Assembly (NCBI GenBank): GCA_965235115.1
Contig: OZ249436.1
Span: 12,836,001-12,900,000 of the forward strand
Direction of reading: 5' to 3'
Source of the DNA: Laetmonice hystrix
Taxonomy: Eukaryota
DNA: 64,000 nucleotides
Positions 1 to 11,800 of this stretch are shown piece by piece. Every line of letters starts with the position of its first letter. Position 1 is the first letter of the stretch. Position numbers and translations under genes: made by a program. Under the pieces are notes generated by a model. It saw nothing but the letters and a program-made list of their open reading frames with translations. It ran no database searches and was not told where the DNA came from.

Positions 1-1039
1 ATAGGGGCCTACTACCCCTCTTCTCCGGGTAAGCCAAAATGCTCATGCCAATGAAATTATGGTTAACCTAAATTTTGCCAAGTCCCTTTATTTGGCTGAA
101 TTTGGCAAAAATTAAAGGCAGTGTATGTAGTATGTGGTAGGGTCACGTGACCATTAACACAATCATATTGGATAATGCTCTAGGGCTAAATAGCCAACTA
201 TCCAATTAAGACCTAACGGTCAACCATTTTGAGACAAAAATAAAACTAGCCCAAGGCCTGACCCTAACCCTAACCCAAGCAATTTGTTTGAATTTGGTAA
301 TTACAGTGGTCAAAATGGAAAATGGGGCAGTACTCACTTTGACAGACCAGTGCACCTCGGGTGGTACTGGTTTAAAAGTATTGGTCAGTACTGGTCCATA
401 TATTTACAATATATCTTCCGACGCTACTGTAAAGTAATGATAATGTTGAGTTTGCTGTTAGTGTAAATATAATTGATTGCACTTGTAATGCATGGTATAT
501 TTGTTCTTTTTCCTCTATCTATCTAGACTTAGATTGCAGACTGACAATTTTCCGGGGGGGGGGGGGGGGGGGGGGGCTAAACAGGTGTTAGTGAGTAAAG
601 CTGCCTCTGTCATTTGTTTACACAGGATTAGATGGAGGTAGGGGGTTTCTGGGCTTCCTCTTGCCAATAGGCCTAATCATCTTTAGCCACCGTGGCTAAA
701 ATGGGTAACCAAATCCTGTAGCCACATCAGAATTTCTTTAGCCACATCTCCCGACCGAAATATTAATAAATTAATAAAGACAAGGCAACTGATACGTGAA
801 ATAAACACTTTTTCATATGACATGGAACAATAATCTCCTTGCCTTTCTTGGAATTTTTATATTCACCAATGTGGCGAAAATATGGTATTTTTCGCAATAT
901 TTTCTTTTGCCATTTTGCTCTGTTTTTGACCAATGCGAATGTGGCGAACGGCTAGCGGAAGACGTTGTTATTTTTCAGGAGCCATGCCCATGGTCCTAGC
1001 CTTTGATCTAGACTATGACATTAATAATTTCTGACCTAC

Positions 1040-1239
1040 CCACAGACACTGTCTAGCTCTGCTATCATCTCAGCTGTAACACTCATCTTCTCTGCGGCAA
1101 TTTCCAAGAAAGGCTTCTCCCCCTTATCATCATTTTCATCGTCAAGGTATACTTTAGTGTCATGATATAACTCTTCCACAAGTTCCTTAATGTTAATAAG
1201 TGGATAAACGTCGCCATCCACAGCTGCAGCTGAAGCCAT
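1040..1239 (-). CDS. Probable first coding exon of an unidentified gene running leftward out of the window (MASAAAVDGDVYPLINIKELVEELYHD...ELDSVCG); weak resemblance to the hormone-sensitive lipase N-terminal helices
   Basis: ATG in good context (acgATGg) with an in-frame upstream TGA. 200 nt open frame of protein-like composition ending at the donor GG|GTAGGT (phase 2). No downstream exon recognised in the window; the family guess is from memory only. Confidence 0.5.
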
Positions 1240-2834
1240 CGTGGACTTCTGCACACAGAGCGTTTCACACAGTCGCAGCGAACCTCGGCTTAGCCTGGTG
1301 AAAAGGCCCTGCCAAGCCTCAGGCCAGTCAGGGTCCTGCCCGGCTCCTCACACCTCCCGTCCCGGGGCGGGGGGGGTATCCAATCCAGTCAGTGCAGGAC
1401 AGGCACCCACTGAGCCAGCCAGATACGTACTACTAATTTAGAATTAAGGAAGCAACAAATAAACAGGTTATTTCACACCCTGAAGCATTCAGACGAAGGA
1501 ACGTCTGCGATACCACGTCTGCTAGTTTTATTGATATTGTCAGAGGGTTTCCGATGTTGTCTTCAACCAACCATCGTGCGCGTATGGGCGATAATGTGAG
1601 AAAAGTGGGTTGTCACCAAAGCCTGATTAGAGAGTTGGTATGGATGTGCCACTACGCTGAGCGTTGTGCGGCATCTCCCACCGTGCATCATGTTAGAAAA
1701 TAGTTCTTAAATTTTTGGATGATATCCGAGTTTATCTGAGATGCCATGGTTCAAATATAAATCCGACTCATTGTACTGTGTATACAAATACATCTAAATT
1801 AATCTATCTGCTGTTTACATCCAAAGAGAGCTATATAGGTCAAGACTCAAGTAGTCCTTCGAGCTATCCCAGCAGCAGCTGGCTGCAGAGATTGATTACG
1901 TCGGAATCAGATTCTGCACCACACGCCCCGGATGAGACCCGACCTTGACCCGCGGCGAAAACATTGAAAACGAGGGACTCAAGAATCAGATGGCCAAAAG
2001 AAAGAAAAGGCAGATAAATACAGTCAATAACACGATGTTTCCTTAGTATTAAGGGTAAGAAGTCTCTATATTTATAGACCTCGCTATTGCTCATGTATAC
2101 TTGAGGTAAATTTAACGGTAGATCTGTTTCTTAGCACGTCTCAATCTATGTTCACTTCAGTCTTCAGTTCAGGCGGGAGCTCGCCTGCTTCAGTTCAGGA
2201 GACGTTTGAACTGAAGTTTGTCGGTTTTGTCACTCCACCCAAATTTAGTAGGCCTCCGTAAAATTGCATGGTTTGATTAGCCTCTAACATAGGCCGTATA
2301 CACGGCCTATCCGCTAGCGAACGGGCTACGAGACCAAACGTTCTAGCGCAGACTGAATGTGCTTCCGCACCTCTTCCATCACTTCAAATAAAAGATTGCC
2401 TTTACCTTCAGCTACTGAGCCCAATGAACTTACTTGGACGTTCCTCTATGCAACAGATTCGGCCCATTTTCCAAACCAAGCGACCACTTTCCATAGTCTT
2501 ACAACCGGCGCCATTTCTGTAAATCCACATCCGGGGTCAAGCTCACGAAGGGAGCAGTCATTTCAAACGTTGGCTATTAGTTTGGCGCCATAATGGAGGA
2601 ATTGCTGTTTGGTCTAGAATAATGACTGCTCCCCTGCTGGTCGCCAGTGTGCATGTTTTGAACATGCGCAGTAGAACAAACAGTATGGCAGCTAACGGCA
2701 GTGAACCAGCGCGATTCGAAATTTCGAAAGTCTGATTTATTAAAACTTTGGGCAAAAATCCTCGGAAAAGTGTGCAGCAGAGGAACAGAAGATGGGCTGC
2801 GTTAGAATTGACACCTCAACTGGCAGTAGTTACG
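1240..2834. promoter_or_regulatory. CpG-rich putative divergent promoter/5' region between the left-hand gene and GON4L
   Basis: Visibly more CpG than the GON4L gene body. YY1-like GGCGCCATTT (~2507) and NRF1-like CATGCGCA (~2663) lie upstream of the first GON4L exon. Confidence 0.4.
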
Positions 2835-5800
2835 ATGGATTTTGCACAGCGAGTGATTGACATCAGAGGTAGGGTTTTTCGGGTTAACGCTGTCCGTCCC
2901 TACACTGGGGACGATACTCCGTCTAGGTTTGATAAATTTATCTTTTCATAAAATGGGGGGGGGGGGGGGGGACAGGTTATTTTGGGGACCTATAATATAG
3001 TGCAAAATAAGGTATATATATATATGGCAGGGACGTTTAAAGTTTTCCTCGACCTGAGTAAAAAGTGGGGGGCCAAAATGATACTCTGCCCCCCCCCCCC
3101 CACATTTCAAAGTGGGGGCCATGGCCCCCTGACTCCCATTTTCCTACGCCCCTGATCATGTCATGTGTATGGCATCGGGGTACATTGGTGTATATCGAAA
3201 TCGGCCGCCGCTTGAAATCGGCTGAAATCTGGGAGCCCGGTTGGCTCCCAGATTTTTTTGCCTAATTTCTAACGCTGACTGCTCTGAAACTGCATGGATT
3301 TATAATCATTTTTAGGTAACCACAGGTCCACAGCAAGTATGGCAGACATTGCTCCAGGTGAGAAGAGAAAGCGTACCCCACGAAAAAATCCGTCGCCTGT
3401 CAAGAGGCCAAGGATAGGTGTTGAAGAGCCTGTGTGGACAACCACTACAAGTGGACAGCTGATAGACTTTGAAGTTAAGGAGGAACCAGATGATGAAGAA
3501 TTCCTACAGGTCATTAAAAATTAGTATGAAAGAATATATAAGAAATTTACAAGAGTGAAACATTAAAAAAATAATCTAGAGTTGAATTGAAATCTATTGT
3601 TTAGCTATTAAAAAACTTGGAAGAACAAGCTATCTGTCAGTTCACTCACAAAAAGAAAACTGTATTGCATAATTATGTGAAATTAACTTGATCTTAAGTT
3701 TTATGAATCGGCTTTGCATATGGTTGATATTGAAAATTGCACTATAGATGCCAGTATTGCATGTTACTTGTTAGCAGTTTGATACTGAATATATATAACA
3801 GTGCTAAGAGTGTCTGTAATTTGAAACTTTGCTGATCTCCTTTCTCTTTTTTTTTTTATAAACAGCTGTATGGTCTGGTTAGGACAAGTCCCTCGCATGA
3901 TGACATAAAGAGACAAATATCTATCTCAGCTGAAGTAGATCTAGAGACAAGGGAAAACTCAAATGCAGGTACAAAAAAGCAGAGCAAGATTGCAAAAGTT
4001 AAAGAAAGTATTGCTCTTGTGGAGAAACGTATTGCAGCGCTGAAGCAGAAGAAAGGACGGAAGAAAACGCCTGTGTCGCCTGGGAGATCGAGTTGCAGGA
4101 AACGTGAAAAAGCCCATCCTAAAGAAGGCCGGCGAAAAGGCGGACAGAGTCCTTTAGTTGATGTCAGAAAGTCGCCACGTAAGGCAGCCCACAATGTCGC
4201 TAGTAAAAGTCTTGACCTTTCAAAAGAAAGAGACATACTTGTTTTGCCTAGAAAGACAACATTGCCTGAAAATAAATCTGTGTCAAAGGCAACTGAACAA
4301 AGTGACAAGGAGGTATCCAGTGCCAGGAGACGATCGCCCAGAGGACAGTTAAAAATGTCTGGAGGTGTTAACCCTGTTGAGAACAAACAAGTAAGAGAAA
4401 CAGAGCCATCAGGGGAACCACCAATCACAAGGAACTGTCCTTCACTGCCACCAAGTTCCTCACCCAGGAGATCAAAGAGAACACAAAATCTTGATACAAG
4501 TATGGCAAACAACAGACAGAATCAACAAAGGTCCTCCCAAGGCAAAACAGACTTGGTTGTAAATAAGTCCCCAAAGAAACTTCCTACAAGCACATCACAT
4601 CCTGAAACAGACAGATGTGGGAAAGCCTCAGCACATAGGGGATTGGAGCAGCCAGGAAAACAAGATGATGCTTCTAAGGACATCTTCAAGGAGGCTTCAC
4701 TAAGTGATGCTCTCTCATGGAAATCACCAGATGCACCGAAAACTCCGAAGCCAGTGCCATATCGTAATCCAAGCATGGGTCGAAAAAGTGTTGAAAAAGT
4801 GAAGAGGCGTGTGAACTTTTCACCTGACAGGCCACCAAAGAGAAGTCCTGTAAAGTTCAGCCATAAACAGGCAAGGCCACACCTCTCAGAAGATTCTGAC
4901 GAGGATGGCGAGGTATGTAGGACAAATGTTGACACAGGTTGGGTTGATCCAGATATAATTCCCCTAAAAGAAGACTCTCCAACACCAGTTACCTGCAACA
5001 AGGAGTTGGTCCAGCCAACACATCCCAAACATCATACCCCCATCATTGATAATGTAGCTGATCAAAATGTAAGCTTGGAGATACAACAGGACCCCACCAT
5101 CTCTTTGCCCGAAAAAAAGGGGAAGAATGTTCTGAAACAGAGGGTGAAAAGGGGAGTCAAGTCAGAAACACAGGTAAAATCCCTGAAACAAGGAACTCAA
5201 CCTGCAGAAAAAGAATCGGATAAGCTTTCTGCGATTTCAAAGAGCCAAGGACAAAGACAGGTTTCTGGATTGTCAACAGCATGTGAAAGTGTGAAAGTCT
5301 CTGGAAGATCAGATGTCAAAAAGGAACAGGAGGAACCAGTCAGTGTGGTGAGTAAAGTGACTCATTCCAAGTTAAATCACGGAGAGAAGATTGCTGTTAC
5401 TGGAAGGGTCTCCCAAAGGTTGCAGGCAAAGCGGGATGCAAAAGCTGAAAATAAAGCTCGGTCAAAAGATGCAGCAGAGATACAGAAGAAACCAAAGACT
5501 CAGTCCAAGTCAACGAAAAGGAACAGTTCTGAAAGTTCTGGTAAGAAAAAACAGTTAAAACCATCTAAAACTTCTAGTTCATTCCCCAGAACAAATGTCA
5601 GCAGCAGCAGTAGCAACAGCAGCATAAAAGTGTGCAGTGATACAGAGACACCCAGCAAGCAAGACTCAGTGTTGTCATTGTCCACAGATAGTGATGTCTT
5701 GGAAGGATATCACTATCACGTCAGTGATACAGAGATGGAATCTTCTTCCAAGAGCTTTGATTGGTTGACAAAAGAATTGAAATCCTTGAACAAGGACAGT

Positions 5801-8800
5801 ATGCAACTTATGACACCACCACATTCTAGTCAGTCCGTTACAGTTTCAAGGTCAAAATCACCCGAAAAGACTCCACTAAAAACTGACCAGTTCAAAACAC
5901 CTACAAACACCCCTCCGCAGCAAAGGACTTTACCACTTGCCTCTCCCTCTAAATGCCCTGTTCGCTTTATTGGGAGGTTTTCCTCAGCAGTTACCCGTTC
6001 ACCACTTGGAATTGAAAAGACTTCCACACCAAAGACAGATCTGGTCACGCCAAGTCAGCTAAGTCCTACTTGTCGCAGCATGATAGAGATTATTCCAAGT
6101 GCTGTGTCAGAAAGACCAGGATCTGAGTGCATATCACCCATCTATCCTTCACAGTCTCTTCACACACGACTTCAGAAAAGGAGAAAGAGGTCGACACGCA
6201 GAGAACTGGACCTGGGACAGGGTAGGAGAGGTTGCAGAGTTGAGGAACTCAAAGATTCATCGAAGTAAGTGCATTTAATCCTGTTATCCAATACTGTTAT
6301 ATTAGGCACAGGAATTTAATCAACTCTAGTGGACAAATGAATAGACACAGTACAGCGTTTCCACAACATTTGTCTTATTATTAACCAAATCGGGGCTCGT
6401 GCATCATTCATTACTGGCAAGGATGGATTCCAAACTGTACCCTCGGCCAGTGAAATAATAGCCCTTTTTTTAAACAATCCTTGTACATGTATATCTGTAC
6501 TGTTCTAGGAAAGTGGTCCAGAGGAAAGGCCTGTCACGGACCCTAGTCGTGGCCAATAGCAAAACCATACAGCCAGCACAGAGCACAAGTAAACAGTTGG
6601 TTCCTTACGCAAGTGGCAGCCCCATGACAGATGGCAATGCAACAGACACACCATCAGTCAGTGACTCTCCACATGACAAACTACAGATTGTGGAGGAAGA
6701 TGAGGACAGCATGCCAGACCTCTTTGACCAACATTTTGACTATGGCGAGCAGAGCATCAAGTTGACCGCAAACAATGTCAAAAGCATCATCCGGGTAAGA
6801 TTAGTTTCTTTGGCCATTTTCTGGTAGTTACTTGGTGAGGACTGCCTGGATATTGTTACTTTAGGAATTTAAAAACAAATCAATGTGTTATCCCTTATAT
6901 AAAGGAGAAAAAGATTTTACTTTCGAATTAGACAACAGACAACTAAATTATACGGGATAATAATTTGGATGGCTGAATCTCACTGCAGCAAGTTATCACT
7001 GATGAACACGTGCTGGACATGGTGCGCAACACCTTGCAGGAGGATGGCCTTGGGGACCAGCTCAAGGAGGCCATATTTGAGCCCAAGATGACACGTCTCA
7101 GAGCGAGGGAGGTTCGCGAGAAAGGAAGTGTAAGTGGAAAGGTGTCAAACTGCTCTGGACTTTCATTGTTTTTGCAATTTTGGTATCTATTTACGTGTTG
7201 AGTTTTTCCAATTAAAAATTACTCGGGGATCACATTTGTCCACTATTTAGTGGATTTCTGATATTTTTTGTGAAAACATCATTTCTGAGATCGAATTTCA
7301 AGGTTAGGAGGGGGGTGCAGATACACTTCCACTTTTTTATTGGCTGGGATTCCTGATTGCTGCAGAATTAGTTTTGTCCTTGAAGTGTTGAATCAAGCAA
7401 CTTAAATTATATGTGGTGAGATAGGGCTCTGTACCTGTTACCAGCTATACTTTGTGTGTAAAATCACTTGGATATGATTGGAAATCTGGAAGAATGACAC
7501 AAAAAGTTCAATACCATCTGAGAACTATGATCGAGAAACTTGTGTGGTATCAAAAGTAGGATACAGCCATTCAATTTTTAAAGCTTGAAACAGCACAAAA
7601 TAGTATAAGAAAACCCTTGCCAGTGCTGTTGGTCCTGCCAACAAAAAAAAGGAGCACTTTGTAAGTGTGATGGGTTTGGTTTCAGATTGATGGCATTTGG
7701 CCGTTGTCACCAGTCAAGGCCCCTCCGCCAAAACCTGCCGAGTTTGCCCAGCTGCTAGATATGACCTACTCAGAGGATGAGGATGAAGATGATGATTACA
7801 ATCCCATGAATGATGTAAGTAGAACTAGTAATAATATGATCAGAGATAAAGAGAACATTACAGAATGTTTATATGTATCCAATAGGCAAGACCCAGTATA
7901 AATATCATGTTGATAGGGGTTTACCTCTACTGGTCCATGAATGAAGTTTTGCCCCAACATTTTGAAAAATGTGTAAACATTGAATTGTACATGGTCTACA
8001 TGATGTTTTCTGAAACCCATGGAAGTTCTTGGCCTGCAATCCTTCATTTATTGTGTTTTGGGTTAGTATTATGAAGAACTTTGAAACTTGATTGTTTCTT
8101 TATGGTATCTGAATGGAAATGACAGCACGACAGTGGAGATGAGACAGAGAGTGTAATGTCATCCCAGGCAAGTGAATGTGGCTCTCCAAAATCTCGACTA
8201 ACAGCTACTCCGACCCAGGGTACTCCAAGCACCATCAGCATGCCACTTTTTATTAAGCCAGACAGTACGACCACTGTTCGCAGTGTGGTGTCCAGCAAGA
8301 AAACTGCCGTAAGTAGTGACTTTTGTTGTTGGTCCTGTTAATGCTCTTACATGAGAATATCTTGTACATTTTGAAAGATTCTTGAGAACTATAGGGATAT
8401 TAGAACATGTTGTAAAGAGCTTTATTTTTTTTAAGTTTTCCAAAATTAAAGGGACCAATACATAAATTTGCTTTTATTTCATGCTTCCAATTAATAAATT
8501 ATCCGATCCAACATCATCACAGGGATGGGAGAAGAATTGGATAGGAGTGTTGTATAAGGCTAACACATGATAAGTACAACTTGATACGCCCACAACTAAA
8601 ATATATCAAACAGCTTTAAAGCAGGTTATGTCCAAAAGTGAGATTTTTGGGGATTTTGTGAAAATATCTAAAAGTATCTCAAAGTTAGAACAATGATAAT
8701 AATACAGATAATAATACAGTTATGAAACATAGATAGTATACTAGAGTACAATGCATTTTAGTACATTTCCGTTTGACCATGCATAAATCTACCAGGTCTC

Positions 8801-11800
8801 GAAGAGATCATACAGATCAAGTAGTGTGAACAGTCAGACTGAGCCAACAAATTGTGGCTTATTACTGGTTGAAACTGTCTATTCATCTTGGAGTGCCTTG
8901 GTATGCCTAGTGAATGTGAGCAACACTTAGGCCAAAATCCATGTCAATGGTTAGAATGTTAAAGTGGCAAGCATACTGCAGGATAGGGAAGTGCCAGTGG
9001 TGTAATGATGAGAGTAGTAGTGTCAGTCACAGTATGCCTTGTGACTGGTAAACTACTGACGGTTTTATTTCGTTGGTAGTATCACTCATGGCAGGGAATC
9101 AGTGCGGACCCTGCACCACCAAACACTGAAGCCACAATCGGGACACTTCCCATAGTGGAGCCATCCACATCTAAACAACAGGTTCGTAAGAAGGCAGAAT
9201 GCCGACAGCCTAGTGCCATGTTGTTAACTGTGGTGGAGCTGTCTTTAGTTTGCTTTTCTGATGTCTTGAAATCAAGTGCAAAAGCCAGAGTGTTTTATTT
9301 AAAAAGAAAATTTAATTAAAGTAACGTTAAAAATGTAAAAAAATAAACAGAACCCCCCCAATACCAAAATGAATCATGGTGCATAAGGATTACAATAGAC
9401 TGTAATAGACTGTTAAATACAAAGATAAGCCTGTTTTAATCAGTTAATTATTAGACCATAATTTAAAGCTGCAGATGAAGTTCCTTAAAAAGTTAGCTTG
9501 TAGGGGATTCCCCTTCATCTGACTAATGCACACAGTACTTTTGGTATAGTTGTATTTAGGCCAATCCCTACGAGCCTTGCCTAGCATTCAGTCCGAACAG
9601 TATGGGATGGCCAATTGTAACTCCATTTCTCTACTTTCACTGATCATTCAAACCTGAAATTTTAACATGGTGTTGTTAAGGATAAAAGGGGACCTTTTGA
9701 GGAACTTCCTCTGCAGCTTTAAGCTCCAATATAACGAGAAAAATAAGAAAATTTAGCCAGAACAACGTTACTCAAACAATGGAAGAACGTACTCACATTA
9801 GTTAGAACTGTTGCATTTTTAGTGTTAAACTTAGGGGAGTCCTAGCCTTTCTGAAGTGGTTCATTTCGGTGATAAGGAAACCAATGACGTCAAATTCTTT
9901 TTAAAAGTAAAATCGACAAATCTATTAGGCAAAGAAAAGATTATGGTTAAGTACTTAGCAGTTAATGATGCCCAGGGTTTCCCCCAGGATTTTCGAACTG
10001 GGAGGGACCAACAGGAGCAGGACACAGATAAATCAGCAGCAGCCACCCGCATCACTTGAAAGGGGGGGGGGGATTTTGCAATATAGTTTGTTCTCCTGCC
10101 TATAACCACCTGTTTTTCCCCCTTCTTAACTCAGCAAGCATTGCAAGAAAGTACTCGAAATTTCTCTTAATGATAAAAATTGTCTGAAAAGCCCCCCCCA
10201 CACACATACACACTCAGGACCATTTGCACCAGCCTCAGGCTAGTGTTACAATTTATGGCTGTAAGATAGCAGATGTACACATTCAACTTGCATTTGAAAT
10301 TTCTGTATCACTAAAAATTAGTGTGTGTGTGTGGGGGGGGGGAGATTTCCCCCCCACAGATCCTGAGTGGGGGGGGGGGGGGGGTTGAACCCCCATGTCT
10401 CGGGGAAACCCTGATGCCAATATTCAGCTTTGTTAGTAAAGTGCTTATCTTAGCTAAGCCCTGACAAGTGTTTACACATTTACCATCAGATCAGCTCCAT
10501 ACTTGGAGAAGATAACCAGGCAGTGACACGGAAATCCGGGAGACACCTATTGTTGTGCCATGGATGTTGAAGCTGTTAAAAAGCCAAAAGTCATGCATTT
10601 CAGGGTTTACAAATAGGTTCGTTTTTTGGGAGTACCTCAAACTAAATGTTATCAATCGCCAGATTGAGCAGAAAATGACTCTTACTGACACTGGGTCATG
10701 CTGGAGATTGGAAAATGGTTCTGCTCTTTTCAGCAATGTCATGTTTCAAATCTGTTTGTAGAAAAAGGAGATTATAGCAGTGAGGACACGGTCAAAACTA
10801 TCTCTGGAGGATACTCCCCTTGAGCACATCGAGGCAGAGTTTGTGGCCCCAGATATCACGCCCGACTTGTACGATACACGATGTGACACAGAAGAGTATC
10901 AGAACTTCCTGATAGATCTTATGAAGACAGACAGTAAGAGCATATTATTTGGTCCACAGATAATTTGGTATAAACTATGGACTTTTTTGCACAACTTTTA
11001 TTTGACTGCATGTTCTCAAGTGACTTCGGTGACCTTGATGTTCAGCTTTCCTGAGGTAAATCGTGAATTCTTTCAGCTTCTGAATTAAATGAGACGGCAG
11101 ATGACGACCACAGTGATCCTGACTACAACTTCCTTGACAAACATGAGGAAGATGATGACATCCACGAATACAGAAATGACAAGGCTGTCAAAGTCTCAAG
11201 TAAGGTGTTAATGAAATCATCAGGCTATTAGGAGGTGGTAGGCAAATAGTACACTGGGGCCGGTTTTACTAAAGGTCCTTATTTAAGGACGTCGCTAATT
11301 TAACATAGAAGTGAATGGTTGCTAGGTCCTTATTTTCGACCTAGCAACCCATTCACTTCTATGTTAAATTAGCGACGTCCTTAAATAAGGACCTTTAGTA
11401 AAACCGGCCCCTGGTTTCTCTTTCTGACCCATTCGATGTTTTGCTAAGACAAGAAAAATGTTGCAAGTGGTGCCTAGAATATGACTTGTCTTATTCTACA
11501 ATTATCCTTTCATTTATCTCAGCTATGATTTCTAAAAATTATACAGGTATTCATGTATATGTTCTATGACCTTGAGCATTATTTCACATGTATTGCTGTT
11601 CCACTTTGTGGCGTGCAGAAAAGGAATGGAATCAGTTAATGGATGAGCTCTTTGAGGCGTATGGTGACTGCATTGAGGATGAGAACAGCCAAGATGGCCT
11701 ACTGGACAGCATCCTGGAGAGTAGTATGGCTGGGAAAGCTACCGCTGCACCTAAAGCTGACAAGCCAAAATCATCTGGCAAACCCAAGCTTCCCCCACTT

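Noticed and set aside
262..276. Telomere-like CCCTAACCCTAACCC
   Set aside because: Only 2.5 units; common inside interspersed repeats.
3856..4512. 218-aa and 168-aa antisense ORFs over GON4L exon 3
   Set aside because: Antisense shadows of a low-complexity coding exon.
9005..9059. Box C (ATGATGA) / box D (CTGA) snoRNA candidate in a GON4L intron
   Set aside because: Only 55 nt with no terminal stem; the CTGAC is better explained as the branch point of the next exon.
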